Virus record (IMG/VR): IMGVR_UViG_3300026549_000054
Coordinates: 32,001 to 96,000 of that record
From: a virus
Taxonomy: Duplodnaviria; Caudoviricetes
Length of the DNA stretch: 64,000 bases
Strand: one strand, 5' to 3'
The notes beneath the pieces were generated by a model. The model did no database searches. It saw only the letters and a program-made list of their open reading frames with translations, and was not told the origin of the DNA. Below, piece by piece: positions 37,925-46,868 of the stretch. The position numbers were made by a program, and so were the translations under genes. Every line of letters starts with the position of its first letter. Position 1 is the stretch's first letter.

Positions 37925-38633
37925 TTATTCGTAAACCCCTATTAAATCTTTATTGGATGGAAAATTAAATCTATTATGTTTGGTTTTGTTTGATAGATTT
38001 CTAAAATAAGGAATCCATTTTCTAAACTTTCTTCTACATTCTACGATGTTATTTTCTTCTCCAAATTTTGAAACACAATCCCAATTTTCAGAATGATATT
38101 TGTTCCATAATTTTCTATAAAATTCTTTTTGCGTTACTTTTATTTTTTCATTTTCGCCATGAAACAAATTTCTTCCTTCAATCCAAGTTTCATCAGGTGC
38201 GACAATAAAATGTTTACATTCACCAGTGTTTCTATTTGTGAACCAATGTTTACCAAAATGAGAATTATTAACACCACCTTGTTTTACTTTCATATTTTCT
38301 CGGTGAACATTAACATATTCTTTTCTAAGTAATTCATAAGCTCTAGCATTTATATATCTTTCACATTTTTGTGTTGGTTTTAATTTCATACTCCAAAAAG
38401 CATATAACATTTTCTTTCGTTCATTTGAACCTTTTGGATATATTTTAATCAGTAGCCAATGACATATAAAATGTTCTCTTGGTGTTAGTAACACCATATT
38501 ATAAGAATTGTTAACACCACCTAAACTTTTAGGTAATATATGATGATTCTCATAATAGTTAGACGAGCCGCTTGGTTCTATTTTCACACCTTGCGTTAAA
38601 AATAATTCTCAAATAAATTTCTCTATAATTCAT
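37925..38633 (-). pseudogene. HNH endonuclease, apparently frameshifted near the 5' end
   Basis: HHILPKSLGG..N..LTPREHFICH in frame 37925-38587; the typical MNYREIY..II N-terminus starts at 38633 in another frame. Confidence 0.6.
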
Positions 38634-38652
38634 AATGTATTTATTTTTTCTT

Positions 38653-38730
38653 TGGAGCGGGTGACGGGAATCGGACCCACACCATCTGACACCGGATATG
38701 CCAGTACTCTACCAATTAAGCTACACCCGC
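38653..38730 (-). tRNA. atypical tRNA-Gly(TCC)
   Basis: GCGGGTG/CACCCGC-T-CCA; 6-bp anticodon stem with loop TATCCGG. Confidence 0.7.
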
Positions 38731-38764
38731 CCAAATAGAGGACTATTCCGTCTCAACATTTAGT

Positions 38765-38793
38765 AATATAGTAAAATCTATTCTCATTGTCAA
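38765..38793 (-). promoter_or_regulatory. sigma70-type promoter inside tRNA cluster 1
   Basis: TTGACA-17 nt-TATATT. Confidence 0.7.
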
Positions 38794-38837
38794 TAGTGTT
38801 TGTATTTTCTTTGTTTCAAGTTAAACTTCTGTTTTCG

Positions 38838-38921
38838 TGGGTCCGGAGAGATTTGAACTCTCAATCCTTTGCAGGCTTTCGGGTTTAAGCCGAAATTGTA
38901 TACCAGTTCCAACACGAACCC
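38838..38921 (-). tRNA. tRNA-Leu(TAA)
   Basis: TTCGG-CTTAAAC-CCGAA; long variable arm. Confidence 0.9.
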
Positions 38922-38928
38922 AGTTTAG

Positions 38929-39002
38929 TCCACACTCAGGGACTTGAACCCCGGACCCGTGCCTTATAAGAGCGCTGCTCTCACCAACTGAGCTAAGTGT
39001 GG
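38929..39002 (-). tRNA. tRNA-Ile(TAT)
   Basis: loop CTTATAA; CCACACT/AGTGTGG acceptor; A73. Confidence 0.88.
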
Positions 39003-39069
39003 ATTTAGTTTGTCTTAATATCGCAGTTACTCTCTGCTTGGGGGATTCGCACCCGCCGTTACATTTTCG

Positions 39070-39144
39070 TTGAGGTGGCTGGATTCGGACCAGCGAATAC
39101 AGGAGTCAAGGTCCTGTGCCTTAGACCAGCTTGGCGACACCTCA
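39070..39144 (-). tRNA. tRNA-Gln(TTG)
   Basis: CAGGA-CCTTGAC-TCCTG (C33). Confidence 0.88.
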
Positions 39145-39380
39145 GAGTTTGATGAATTGGTGATTACGGACATCCATCAGGTCCGTGGTACGAACTTTAT
39201 CACCTAAGTCATGCTGTCCGATTAGAGGGTCTCGGGTAGGATTCTTTATTTCGCAATCTGTTTTTACGGGGAGCCAGCGCCCATGCCCCAACCTGTTTTT
39301 TGCCTCTAGCGAAACGGTTGTGAACCTTGCAGCAAGATTTGACTCTCGCCACTAATCGCTTGTAAACTAATCAGCATTAG

Positions 39381-39454
39381 TACACCCGGCAGGATTTGAA
39401 CCTGCGACCCTCTGTTTAGAAGACAGATGCTCTATCCAACTGAGCTACGGGTGC
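39381..39454 (-). tRNA. tRNA-Arg(TCT)
   Basis: TCTGT-CTTCTAA-ACAGA. Confidence 0.93.
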
Positions 39455-39664
39455 ATAAGACCAGTGTTGTTGCACTTACTTCACCTGTGCGATACATCGC
39501 AGCCTTTTCAACTTTGTCTTAAAAAGCTCATTTGTGTTAGATTGGTTACTAACATCGCCCGCGGAGTGCTATCTTCTCTGCCGAGTTGTTTGCACCATAC
39601 AGTTGCCGCCGGAGTACTAAGGATATGTGCTATTAACACATACTCATTTATACTAACAAATTAG

Positions 39665-39749
39665 TGCTAGCTGGTGGATTCGGACCACCGAAAGCCCAGG
39701 GGGCGGGAAATTTACAGTCTCCAGGAATTGACCACTATCCGAAACTAGC
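39665..39749 (-). tRNA. tRNA-Tyr(GTA)
   Basis: GGAGA-CTGTAAA-TTTCC; long variable arm. Confidence 0.88.
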
Positions 39750-40086
39750 ATATCAAAAACTTTCGTTGGTTTGCGAGAGTTCCAACTTCTCAGTGGGCTA
39801 CCACCTTTGCGTTGCAGGGCTACCTGCTATTGCGTTTTAAATGCGGGCCCCATTGTCATACAAAATAATTCGTACCAACGGGGTACTCGGTCCATGCTTC
39901 GGCTCTGTTTTATTCCTTGCATGATTCCAACATTCGTATAAAACCGGTGGAACTAGCAGAAAACTATCCTAGGTTTCGTTTCTGTTGTTCTAGTTCCATT
40001 TGAGTTATATTGTCTTTGGGCTTCACCATTCTTCTTACTATCTTACCCAACCAAGTACCGGGAAGGTCCCCTTTAGGCAGTGTTAA

Positions 40087-40161
40087 TGGTATCTGTGGAG
40101 GTGGTTGAATGTCCTCAATCTCCGGTGGTTACCGGTGTTTTTCCTGAAAAACTTCACAGGT
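40087..40161 (-). pseudogene. degenerate tRNA-like element (AAC in the loop, encoded CCA)
   Basis: ACCTGTG/CACAGAT-A-CCA; CCGG-TAACCA-CCGG; aberrant T arm. Confidence 0.45.
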
Positions 40162-40170
40162 GTTTAATAG

Positions 40171-40809
40171 TTAGTGTTCCAATGAACTACTCAAATTAAA
40201 GTCATAAAAATCTAAAAACAATTCAATTTTATCTTTCATCATTAGTTTGCCATCATTAGTTTTTATTTCATTCCAAGCAATACGATAGACAAAATAACCT
40301 TGTTTTCTTAAAAATTCATCTCTTATAGTATCAGATTCTTTTCTGTCTTTATATTTGTGTTGTTTGCCATCAATTTCTAAATCTATATTTCCAATAACAA
40401 AATCTAAAAAGTATTTTCCGACTTTCTTTTCACGATTATATTTTATTTTGTTATTATTTAATACAGTTTCAAAAAATCGTTCCGCATAAGATTTTATATT
40501 TCGTGTAGTCCAACCTTTATGTGTTCCATTTTGAACTTTTTCAAGTTGGATTTTACGAAGTTTTTCTTTTTGTTTATCAGAAATTTTCTTATGTTTTCTA
40601 CAACATATTTGACAGTATCCAGTACTATTTCTTCTTTCTAATTTGGTGTGACAATCTAAACAAAATTTATCTGGCAATCGTTTTAACTGCTTTGAAATTT
40701 TCTGTTTTTGTTCTTCAGTGTGTTTTCTTTTGTTAGCACAACTTCTAGAACAAAATCGTCCAGAACCAAATACTGAAAGCATTTCTTTTCCGCAACATTC
40801 ACATTTCAT
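40171..40809 (-). CDS. Zn-finger plus DUF559/Vsr-like endonuclease
   Basis: MKCECCGK, FCSRSCA and YFLDF..LEIDGKQH motifs; start corrected to 40809. Confidence 0.75.
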   Translation of the reverse strand: MKCECCGKEMLSVFGSGRFCSRSCANKRKHTEEQKQKISKQLKRLPDKFCLDCHTKLERRNSTGYCQICCRKHKKISDKQKEKLRKIQLEKVQNGTHKGWTTRNIKSYAERFFETVLNNNKIKYNREKKVGKYFLDFVIGNIDLEIDGKQHKYKDRKESDTIRDEFLRKQGYFVYRIAWNEIKTNDGKLMMKDKIELFLDFYDFNLSSSLEH

Positions 40810-40814
40810 ATTCG

Positions 40815-40889
40815 TCGGGATAGCTGGATTTGAACCAGCAATCTCTCGGTCCCAAGCCGAGCGACTTAACCAGGTTAGCCTATACCCCG
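40815..40889 (-). tRNA. tRNA-Pro(TGG)
   Basis: CTCGG-CTTGGGA-CCGAG; C1. Confidence 0.92.
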
Positions 40890-41027
40890 AGTTTCCGTGT
40901 GTCAAATCATCCTGCATTTATCGGAGCAGCGCCGGAGGCCTTCACATTCATCTTTTAGACGGGCGGGGACGAATCAACTGCTTTAGGAAGTGACAGACTA
41001 ACGTCCCGCTTGATTTGATTTTTTTTC

Positions 41028-41063
41028 GTGAGGATGGCGGGGGTCGGACCCGCGACCATCACT
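41028..41063 (-). pseudogene. orphan 3' half of a tRNA
   Basis: AGTGA-TGGTC-GCGGG-TCCGACC-CCCGC-CATCCTC-A; overlaps the stop codon of the endonuclease. Confidence 0.6.
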
Positions 41064-41718
41064 CAAGTTTTTCAAAAACTAATTTCAAGTATTCAGATTT
41101 CTTTTCTTTTGACAAATGTTTAAATTCACTCCATCTCACTCTTTCTATACAAGTCCATCCATTTTCTAAAAGTTTTTGGGTTCTAACTTTATCGTGTTCA
41201 ACTATTCGTTTATCCAAATAATGTTGTTCACCATCAACTTCTAAATAGATTTTCTTTTCAGGCCAAGCAAAATCAAGGAAATAACCACACTGATAATAAT
41301 TTTGTTTATATTCAATATGTTCATTATCAAAAACTTCTTTGAAGTATTTCTCTGGGTAACTATCACCTTTTGAATGGTGGTTAATCAAATATGGAACTTT
41401 ATCAGGATGTTCAATCAAATACTGTTTTCGTCCTTCCGAAATTTTCTTTTTATGTTCATCACTATGATGTGTTCCAGTATTAGGATTCACTAATCGTCCA
41501 GATTTATAACCTTCGCTTAAAGTTTCACCTCTCTGTTTTACTCTCTTATCAGTTTCTTTTGTTAAACCCTTATTCCAAGCATCGTGAGTTGCGTTCCATT
41601 TTACAAATGGTGAAATTTTCCTGTTAGGATTTTTCTTACACAACCTTTCGTGATTTCTTAATGAATTTGGGTTTAAGCACGGTTTTCCACAAAATTTACA
41701 AATACAATCATTTTCCAT
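41059..41718 (-). CDS. Zn-finger plus DUF559/Vsr-like endonuclease
   Basis: CKFCGK..HERLC and YFLDFAW...EVDGEQH motifs. Confidence 0.75.
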   Translation of the reverse strand: MENDCICKFCGKPCLNPNSLRNHERLCKKNPNRKISPFVKWNATHDAWNKGLTKETDKRVKQRGETLSEGYKSGRLVNPNTGTHHSDEHKKKISEGRKQYLIEHPDKVPYLINHHSKGDSYPEKYFKEVFDNEHIEYKQNYYQCGYFLDFAWPEKKIYLEVDGEQHYLDKRIVEHDKVRTQKLLENGWTCIERVRWSEFKHLSKEKKSEYLKLVFEKLE

Positions 41719-41761
41719 ATTGTATTTATAATTCGGTAGAGTATCGTACTTGTATCTCTTA

Positions 41762-41833
41762 TGCGGCCAACGGGACTCGAACCCGTGTCCCTAGATTAAA
41801 AGTCTAGTGCTTCACCATCAAAGCTTTAGCCAC
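41762..41833 (-). tRNA. tRNA-Lys(TTT)
   Basis: CTAGA-CTTTTAA-TCTAG. Confidence 0.92.
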
Positions 41834-41997
41834 ATAACGAGAGTTTTAACGAGTTTTCTTTCTCAACCCTATTTTCACGTCTCCAAAACATATATTTGGA
41901 TTTAAGCAGCCGTTAGGCATACATTATCGTCGGGTTATCTGGTTCCAAATTTTCAATCTTCTCATTGGTTTCACGAACCAATCTCATTGTATTCACT

Positions 41998-42063
41998 AAT
42001 ATAGAAAAATCTATTTGGTTTGTCAACCGTTTTTAGTGATTTTTTTGTAAATTGTAATTTACA
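41998..42063 (-). promoter_or_regulatory. sigma70-type promoter with TGTAAA-N6-TTTACA box
   Basis: TTGACA-17 nt-TATATT; box at 42046-42063. Confidence 0.75.
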
Positions 42064-42182
42064 TTGGGTTTATTGTTTCTGGTCAATAACTCATCGCCAC
42101 TTCAGCAAACATAAACCACAACGCAAATCTTTCAATCTACTAATCAAGCTCTCGGCTCAATTCATTCTCAATTACAGGTTAA

Positions 42183-42249
42183 AATATAGTAACTAACTAC
42201 ATCCTTGTCAATCCCATTTTGTTAATTTTATTGTAAATTTTTCTAAACA
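42183..42249 (-). promoter_or_regulatory. sigma70-type promoter with degenerate box
   Basis: TTGACA (42211-42206)-17 nt-TATATT. Confidence 0.7.
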
Positions 42250-42330
42250 AAAAACCGCAACATTTTTTATGTCGCGGTATCCTGTTCTCCTTCTAGAAAG
42301 AAATAATTAACTTACACAACAGAAATACCG
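42249..42330 (-). promoter_or_regulatory. attenuator (terminator/antiterminator) upstream of tRNA cluster 1
   Basis: terminator ACCGCGACAT-AAAAA-ATGTTGCGGT-TTTTT; leader segment GCGGTATTTCTGTT can pair with AACAGGATACCGC. Confidence 0.75.
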
Positions 42331-42386
42331 CTATCCTCCAAATAGTGTTTAGGCAATCTAACTTGTGTATTAATTATTAAATTCAT
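42312..42386 (-). CDS. 24-aa leader peptide of tRNA cluster 1
   Basis: MNLIINTQVRLPKHYLEDSGISVV*; codons match cluster-1 anticodons. Confidence 0.75.
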   Translation of the reverse strand: MNLIINTQVRLPKHYLEDSGISVV

Positions 42387-42407
42387 ATTGTATATATAAT
42401 AAATTTT

Positions 42408-42923
42408 TTAGAAATCTTGACCCATTCGTACTTTTCTGTATAATTCTTTACTTAGCTTTTCCCATTTGTACATAAAGGCATCAATCTTGTCCTTATGAGT
42501 ATGAGTATCTGCTTTACTCTTAATTGGCAGTTTACGATAATCGTCAATGAGTTCCTTGGCGGCTTTTAGATTTTCTACATTATATGTTTCAAAACGAATA
42601 CTGCCACCTAATGCTGGAACCCAATGTCCGAAATTTACCACATAATTAGGTTTATTATCGTGTACTTTACCAGGTCCCCAAAACGCAAATTCTCTATAAG
42701 AAGATGAAGGTTCTTGTTGTATCATACATATAGGTATCAGACGAGCCACTTTAACTTCCAGTGAAATCGGGAGTGTATGATTTATAAGGTTGTTATGAAC
42801 TACTTCATCTCCCCACAAGAAATTACTTTCCCAACCTTTCAAGATGAAAATGTCGGAGTCATTAACTGTATACTGTGTAAGAATGTTAATTACATCTTTA
42901 CAAGCAGATAATGCAGGTTTCAT
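42408..42923 (-). CDS. DF-tail family protein
   Basis: ends RKVRMGQDF*. Confidence 0.7.
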   Translation of the reverse strand: MKPALSACKDVINILTQYTVNDSDIFILKGWESNFLWGDEVVHNNLINHTLPISLEVKVARLIPICMIQQEPSSSYREFAFWGPGKVHDNKPNYVVNFGHWVPALGGSIRFETYNVENLKAAKELIDDYRKLPIKSKADTHTHKDKIDAFMYKWEKLSKELYRKVRMGQDF

Positions 42924-43522
42924 TACTTCTTCTCCGGGATTGGTTCACGTTCAATTTGAGCAATTTCTGTGTAAACCTTTTCCTTGAAAATCATTTCATC
43001 CACGAAGTGCTCATACATCATTAACTGCGAACAGAAAGCCATAAATGCGAGTTCACCGCACTTACCGAAATGACGCTTAATCTTCGGGAACTTGTCAATC
43101 AAATAGCGCTGGAGTTCCGGGTCCTTACATTTGCCCTTATTAGCAACTGCGAGTGCCATTAGCAAAGCCCCATTCACACCATCGGTACACTTCAGCTGGT
43201 CATTAACAATTCGGTCAAAAAGCATTTCATTCAAGTTCATACCGAGACGAGAAGCAAGCCTCATCATTACATCTTCTTCTGCGTCGGACTTATCATCAAC
43301 AAACGCATACTTGAAATCAGTAATCATTTTGAAAATCTTTTTCGGGCCTTGTTCGTTGATAGCTTCGTTATAAAGTTTTTGAGCTTCTTTATTGCGGATC
43401 TTCTCAGGAAAATTCTTACGAACCGATTCCAGGAGTTCGTCCTGTTCGTATTCGCCCATAGGGTCCTTACTCAGATTTCGCTTGAAATCTTCAAAATCCA
43501 TTTCGTCATCGTCTTTAAACAT
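42923..43522 (-). CDS. hypothetical protein
   Basis: 199 aa; coupled to neighbours. Confidence 0.7.
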   Translation of the reverse strand: MFKDDDEMDFEDFKRNLSKDPMGEYEQDELLESVRKNFPEKIRNKEAQKLYNEAINEQGPKKIFKMITDFKYAFVDDKSDAEEDVMMRLASRLGMNLNEMLFDRIVNDQLKCTDGVNGALLMALAVANKGKCKDPELQRYLIDKFPKIKRHFGKCGELAFMAFCSQLMMYEHFVDEMIFKEKVYTEIAQIEREPIPEKK

Positions 43523-43701
43523 TAGCCTCTCCTTGCGTCAGTATCTACAATGTCCAAGTCATAGCTTTCTTCGCCGATGCCTGACAAACCATTCTTTGCG
43601 ATGCCAGCTATAAATTCATCTACATTATCCAAGAAATTGAAGTAGTTCCCGGACTTAGTCAATGGTTCAACCCATAATTCAATTACAACCTTTTTAGCCA
43701 T
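43522..43701 (-). CDS. 59-aa hypothetical protein
   Basis: MAKKVVIELW...ARRG*; TAATG-coupled. Confidence 0.6.
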   Translation of the reverse strand: MAKKVVIELWVEPLTKSGNYFNFLDNVDEFIAGIAKNGLSGIGEESYDLDIVDTDARRG

Positions 43702-43714
43702 AGTTCAATCCTTA

Positions 43715-43963
43715 TTACTTGGTGTGAATTTCAAGGTAGGTAAGCATCTGGTTAGCAGACACATAGTCAAAATGAGAAAATTTTTCTTGACCGTGGAAGT
43801 TTTCCTTGAATGTGATAGAAAACATAGCACCATTCGGTTGCTTACAAGGATACTTAGACCAAGCAGTAATTTGGACACAGGAACGAGTACCAGGCTTAGG
43901 TGCATTCTGTTCGTTGAATTTGTTGATGTATTCCCAAACCTTCATTTCTTGTTCTTTATTCAT
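43715..43963 (-). CDS. early hypothetical protein
   Basis: starts MNKEQEM; GAGG RBS; promoter at 43992-44020. Confidence 0.65.
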   Translation of the reverse strand: MNKEQEMKVWEYINKFNEQNAPKPGTRSCVQITAWSKYPCKQPNGAMFSITFKENFHGQEKFSHFDYVSANQMLTYLEIHTK

Positions 43964-43991
43964 TGTTAACCTCTTTCTTTTTACATAAGTA

Positions 43992-44047
43992 AATATAGTT
44001 AAAACTGTGATTATTGTCAATAAAAATGATGTAAAATATAGTTTACA
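43992..44047 (-). promoter_or_regulatory. sigma70-type promoter with TGTAAA-N6-TTTACA box
   Basis: perfect box at 44030-44047, 9 nt upstream of -35. Confidence 0.8.
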
Positions 44048-44165
44048 TACTACTTTCGCAGTACTTGAGCGGTACGTGGCAGTTTAATCTGGTCAATTAA
44101 CTATACTAAAACAACAAAACTGGCCCAGTAACGAGCCAGTCCTGCCAAACAAAACGAAGGAAAAA

Positions 44166-44435
44166 CTATTCGTAGATACCCAAATCCATACACTTATCAC
44201 GGGCATTTGCCAAACCAATCAAAGCCCAGTAATAATCGTCATCATAAATCTTTTCGTAATTCGTGATGGGATCTGAGCCACTGATGAACTGTTCGTAATA
44301 TGCGACCTTGAACTTCGCAAATTCCAAACTAGCCTTGGCGGCTTCAACCTTCTTCCCGGCCTGAGTAAGGGTGTTGATTTCCTTAATCTTCTGGTCGGCA
44401 GTCTTCAAAAATTCTTCGTGATAAATTGTAACCAT
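44166..44435 (-). CDS. hypothetical protein
   Basis: AGGAG RBS. Confidence 0.65.
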   Translation of the reverse strand: MVTIYHEEFLKTADQKIKEINTLTQAGKKVEAAKASLEFAKFKVAYYEQFISGSDPITNYEKIYDDDYYWALIGLANARDKCMDLGIYE

Positions 44436-44509
44436 TTCTTTACTCCTTATTAGTAGTTAATCGCAAAGTCCACTCTGTTCAAGCTGGTCATTCAGGTCAA
44501 TGAAGTTCT

Positions 44510-45595
44510 TCAAAATTCGGGAGAGTTTTCAAGGCCCTGACCAGCAGCCTGTGCGTTATTGATGGCCTGACCCAAATTCTTTGCGGTCTGTTGCATCTGT
44601 TGCATCAGCTGCGGGTCCACACCTGTTTGTGCCTGAGCAGTATTATTCGGGTCGGCATCCACACTGGTGCCATCGTCCTTGGTAACATTCAAACCACGTG
44701 CACGAATAAGTGCGATAGCCTTTTCCAATTCGTCATCCACAGGAGTTTCAGCAACAGGAGCAAGTTCGTAGTCCAACACACCCTTAATTTCGTGTTTCGG
44801 ATCTGCCCATTCTGTGAACTTTTCAACCTTGGCAATCAAACCATCTGTAAATGCTCGGTAAGAGTCCAAATCTTCAACTTCGCCACTCTTAACTACCTTG
44901 CCCTGATTGTCAAGAATCAGATGACCTCTTTCGTCTCTGGCGTCCTTCATCCACGGTTTAATAATTTCACGATACTTATCCCACCATTCACGGGACTGAT
45001 TCTGCTTATCGTAGTTCATCATATTCGTGATATTGGTTTCAAGGATAGTACGGTCACCCTCAGGATACAAGCGGTGAATGGCATTGTAATAAACAGAACG
45101 ATAACCAGCTTCAAATTCTGCTTCGCGGCGGACCTTAGGGGAGTGAATGAGCTGTTCCATCGTGTAGGTCTTACCCTTCATAAGCGGGCTAGTAAATTCG
45201 CCCTGGTCACGGGAGAAATGGAGAAAGTGACATGCTTCGTGAACGAAAATAGCAAAAGCCTTTTCCGCAGTCATTGGTTCATAATCAGGATGTTCCTTCA
45301 TAAAATCTGCCGACACAGTTTCATCCACGAACTTAATGGTCTTATTCGCAATGTCTGGTACAGCAATTCGTGGAAGGTTGATCTGGTCCAAATTCAAAGT
45401 ATTGGTGAAATAACCACCAACACCTTCTTCCATCGGCACACCAACAGAGAAAGTTGCGAACCCAGATTCATTGTTTTCCATCGCATCCATAACAGTTGCG
45501 AAAAATTCGCGGCGACCAGGATTCGGGTCATCCAATGTCCAGTCCTGGAAATCACAAGAAATGTTAAACGGCTTTTCGTCTGATTTTACGAGCAT
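44510..45595 (-). CDS. putative zinc metallopeptidase
   Basis: FVHEACHFLH...EFEA motifs; promoter at 45629-45657. Confidence 0.6.
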   Translation of the reverse strand: MLVKSDEKPFNISCDFQDWTLDDPNPGRREFFATVMDAMENNESGFATFSVGVPMEEGVGGYFTNTLNLDQINLPRIAVPDIANKTIKFVDETVSADFMKEHPDYEPMTAEKAFAIFVHEACHFLHFSRDQGEFTSPLMKGKTYTMEQLIHSPKVRREAEFEAGYRSVYYNAIHRLYPEGDRTILETNITNMMNYDKQNQSREWWDKYREIIKPWMKDARDERGHLILDNQGKVVKSGEVEDLDSYRAFTDGLIAKVEKFTEWADPKHEIKGVLDYELAPVAETPVDDELEKAIALIRARGLNVTKDDGTSVDADPNNTAQAQTGVDPQLMQQMQQTAKNLGQAINNAQAAGQGLENSPEF

Positions 45596-45646
45596 TTATT
45601 TACCTCTTTTTCTAAGTTTTCTTAATTAAATATAGATTTTTAAAAT

Positions 45647-45883
45647 CTACTTGTCAATAGTTTTTTTATTTTTATTTGAAATAAATTTATCGTGAACTTT
45701 CATTGCTGAGACAAAATTATCAATCTTTTCATAAACCTTATCGTCTTCAATGTAAAACGGGTCAATTCCATACCAACGTTCAAAATTCACAATGAACTGC
45801 CAAAATCTCCAATCAGGGAAGTTCTGCTTATGAACTTGCTTGAGGTATTCATACAACGGGTCCAAACGATCTGCATCTCTCAT
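45647..45883 (-). CDS. small conserved phage protein
   Basis: MRD..R....L...H..FPDWRF.Q....DPFYIEDD pattern. Confidence 0.65.
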   Translation of the reverse strand: MRDADRLDPLYEYLKQVHKQNFPDWRFWQFIVNFERWYGIDPFYIEDDKVYEKIDNFVSAMKVHDKFISNKNKKTIDK

Positions 45884-45948
45884 TTCTGTTTTCCTTAAAA
45901 AAGAAAGGAACAGTCCCGTTTCCGGGACCCGTTCCGTTTTAGTTTCGG

Positions 45949-46758
45949 TTAGGCGTCAATGCCAAATTCGTCAAGATAGGTCTCAACATTGAGGTTGACG
46001 TCAAACTTATCGTTAATGCCACGGGCGAAGGCCACGGTCTTGAGCTTTTCGTAGTCCTTGTAAGAGTAGGCACAAACCACCTGACCATTCTTGGTGATGT
46101 AACGGAAGCTCTTCCAGTCGTAGTCCGGAACATTCTTTTCGGTTTCTTCAAAAATGCGAACCAACTTGCGGAAGATTTCAAGGTGCTTGCCATCCTTGGT
46201 AGCACGAAGGCGGTTGGTGACGAACGGACCGTTGTTCTTGCTATATTCGTCAAGTTCAGCAAGGATGTTGCGGTCAGTGCAAATGTGGTTAATCTTACGG
46301 AAGTAGACGTGCTTGGAAACCTTCCACTGCATAACGATGGACTTGTTCATAAGAAGTTCTTCTTCAACACGCACCATATTACGTTCGTATTCGTCATTCT
46401 TAATCTTCTTATCACGCTTGGTCATGACCTGTTCGGACTTCTTGACAACATCTGCGATGACCTGGTCCGGGTTGGCACGGTAGTCATCCGCCTGGATAAC
46501 ATACACAAAGTCCGGGGAAGTAATCATCTTGTGGTCCTTGTAGCCCTTGAAACGATAGACACGGGCATGCTTCTTACCGCTCTTGATACAGAGGCGATGC
46601 TTCATCAGGCGTTCCTGAATGTCAGCGTGTTCGGCGTCGGTGAGGGGAGCCGGTTCGTAATGGGTCTTCTTTTCAGCGGTCTTGACAGTCTTCTTCATAG
46701 AAACCTTCTTGGTGTTGAGGGTGGAAATCTTCTTGGTGGTGGTGTTGGTCTTCTTCAT
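45949..46758 (-). CDS. basic early protein
   Basis: strong codon bias; GAGG RBS; promoter at 46803-46831. Confidence 0.75.
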   Translation of the reverse strand: MKKTNTTTKKISTLNTKKVSMKKTVKTAEKKTHYEPAPLTDAEHADIQERLMKHRLCIKSGKKHARVYRFKGYKDHKMITSPDFVYVIQADDYRANPDQVIADVVKKSEQVMTKRDKKIKNDEYERNMVRVEEELLMNKSIVMQWKVSKHVYFRKINHICTDRNILAELDEYSKNNGPFVTNRLRATKDGKHLEIFRKLVRIFEETEKNVPDYDWKSFRYITKNGQVVCAYSYKDYEKLKTVAFARGINDKFDVNLNVETYLDEFGIDA

Positions 46759-46802
46759 AATTAGTACCTCTTGTTTTGTGGTTTTGTTTTGTTTACAGTT
46801 TA

Positions 46803-46868
46803 AATATAGTTATTTTAGACTGTCTTGTCAATGGATTTTGTGTATTTTTGTGTAAAAAGAAATTTACA
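46803..46868 (-). promoter_or_regulatory. sigma70-type promoter with TGTAAA-N6-TTTACA box
   Basis: box at 46851-46868, 19 nt upstream of -35. Confidence 0.8.
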
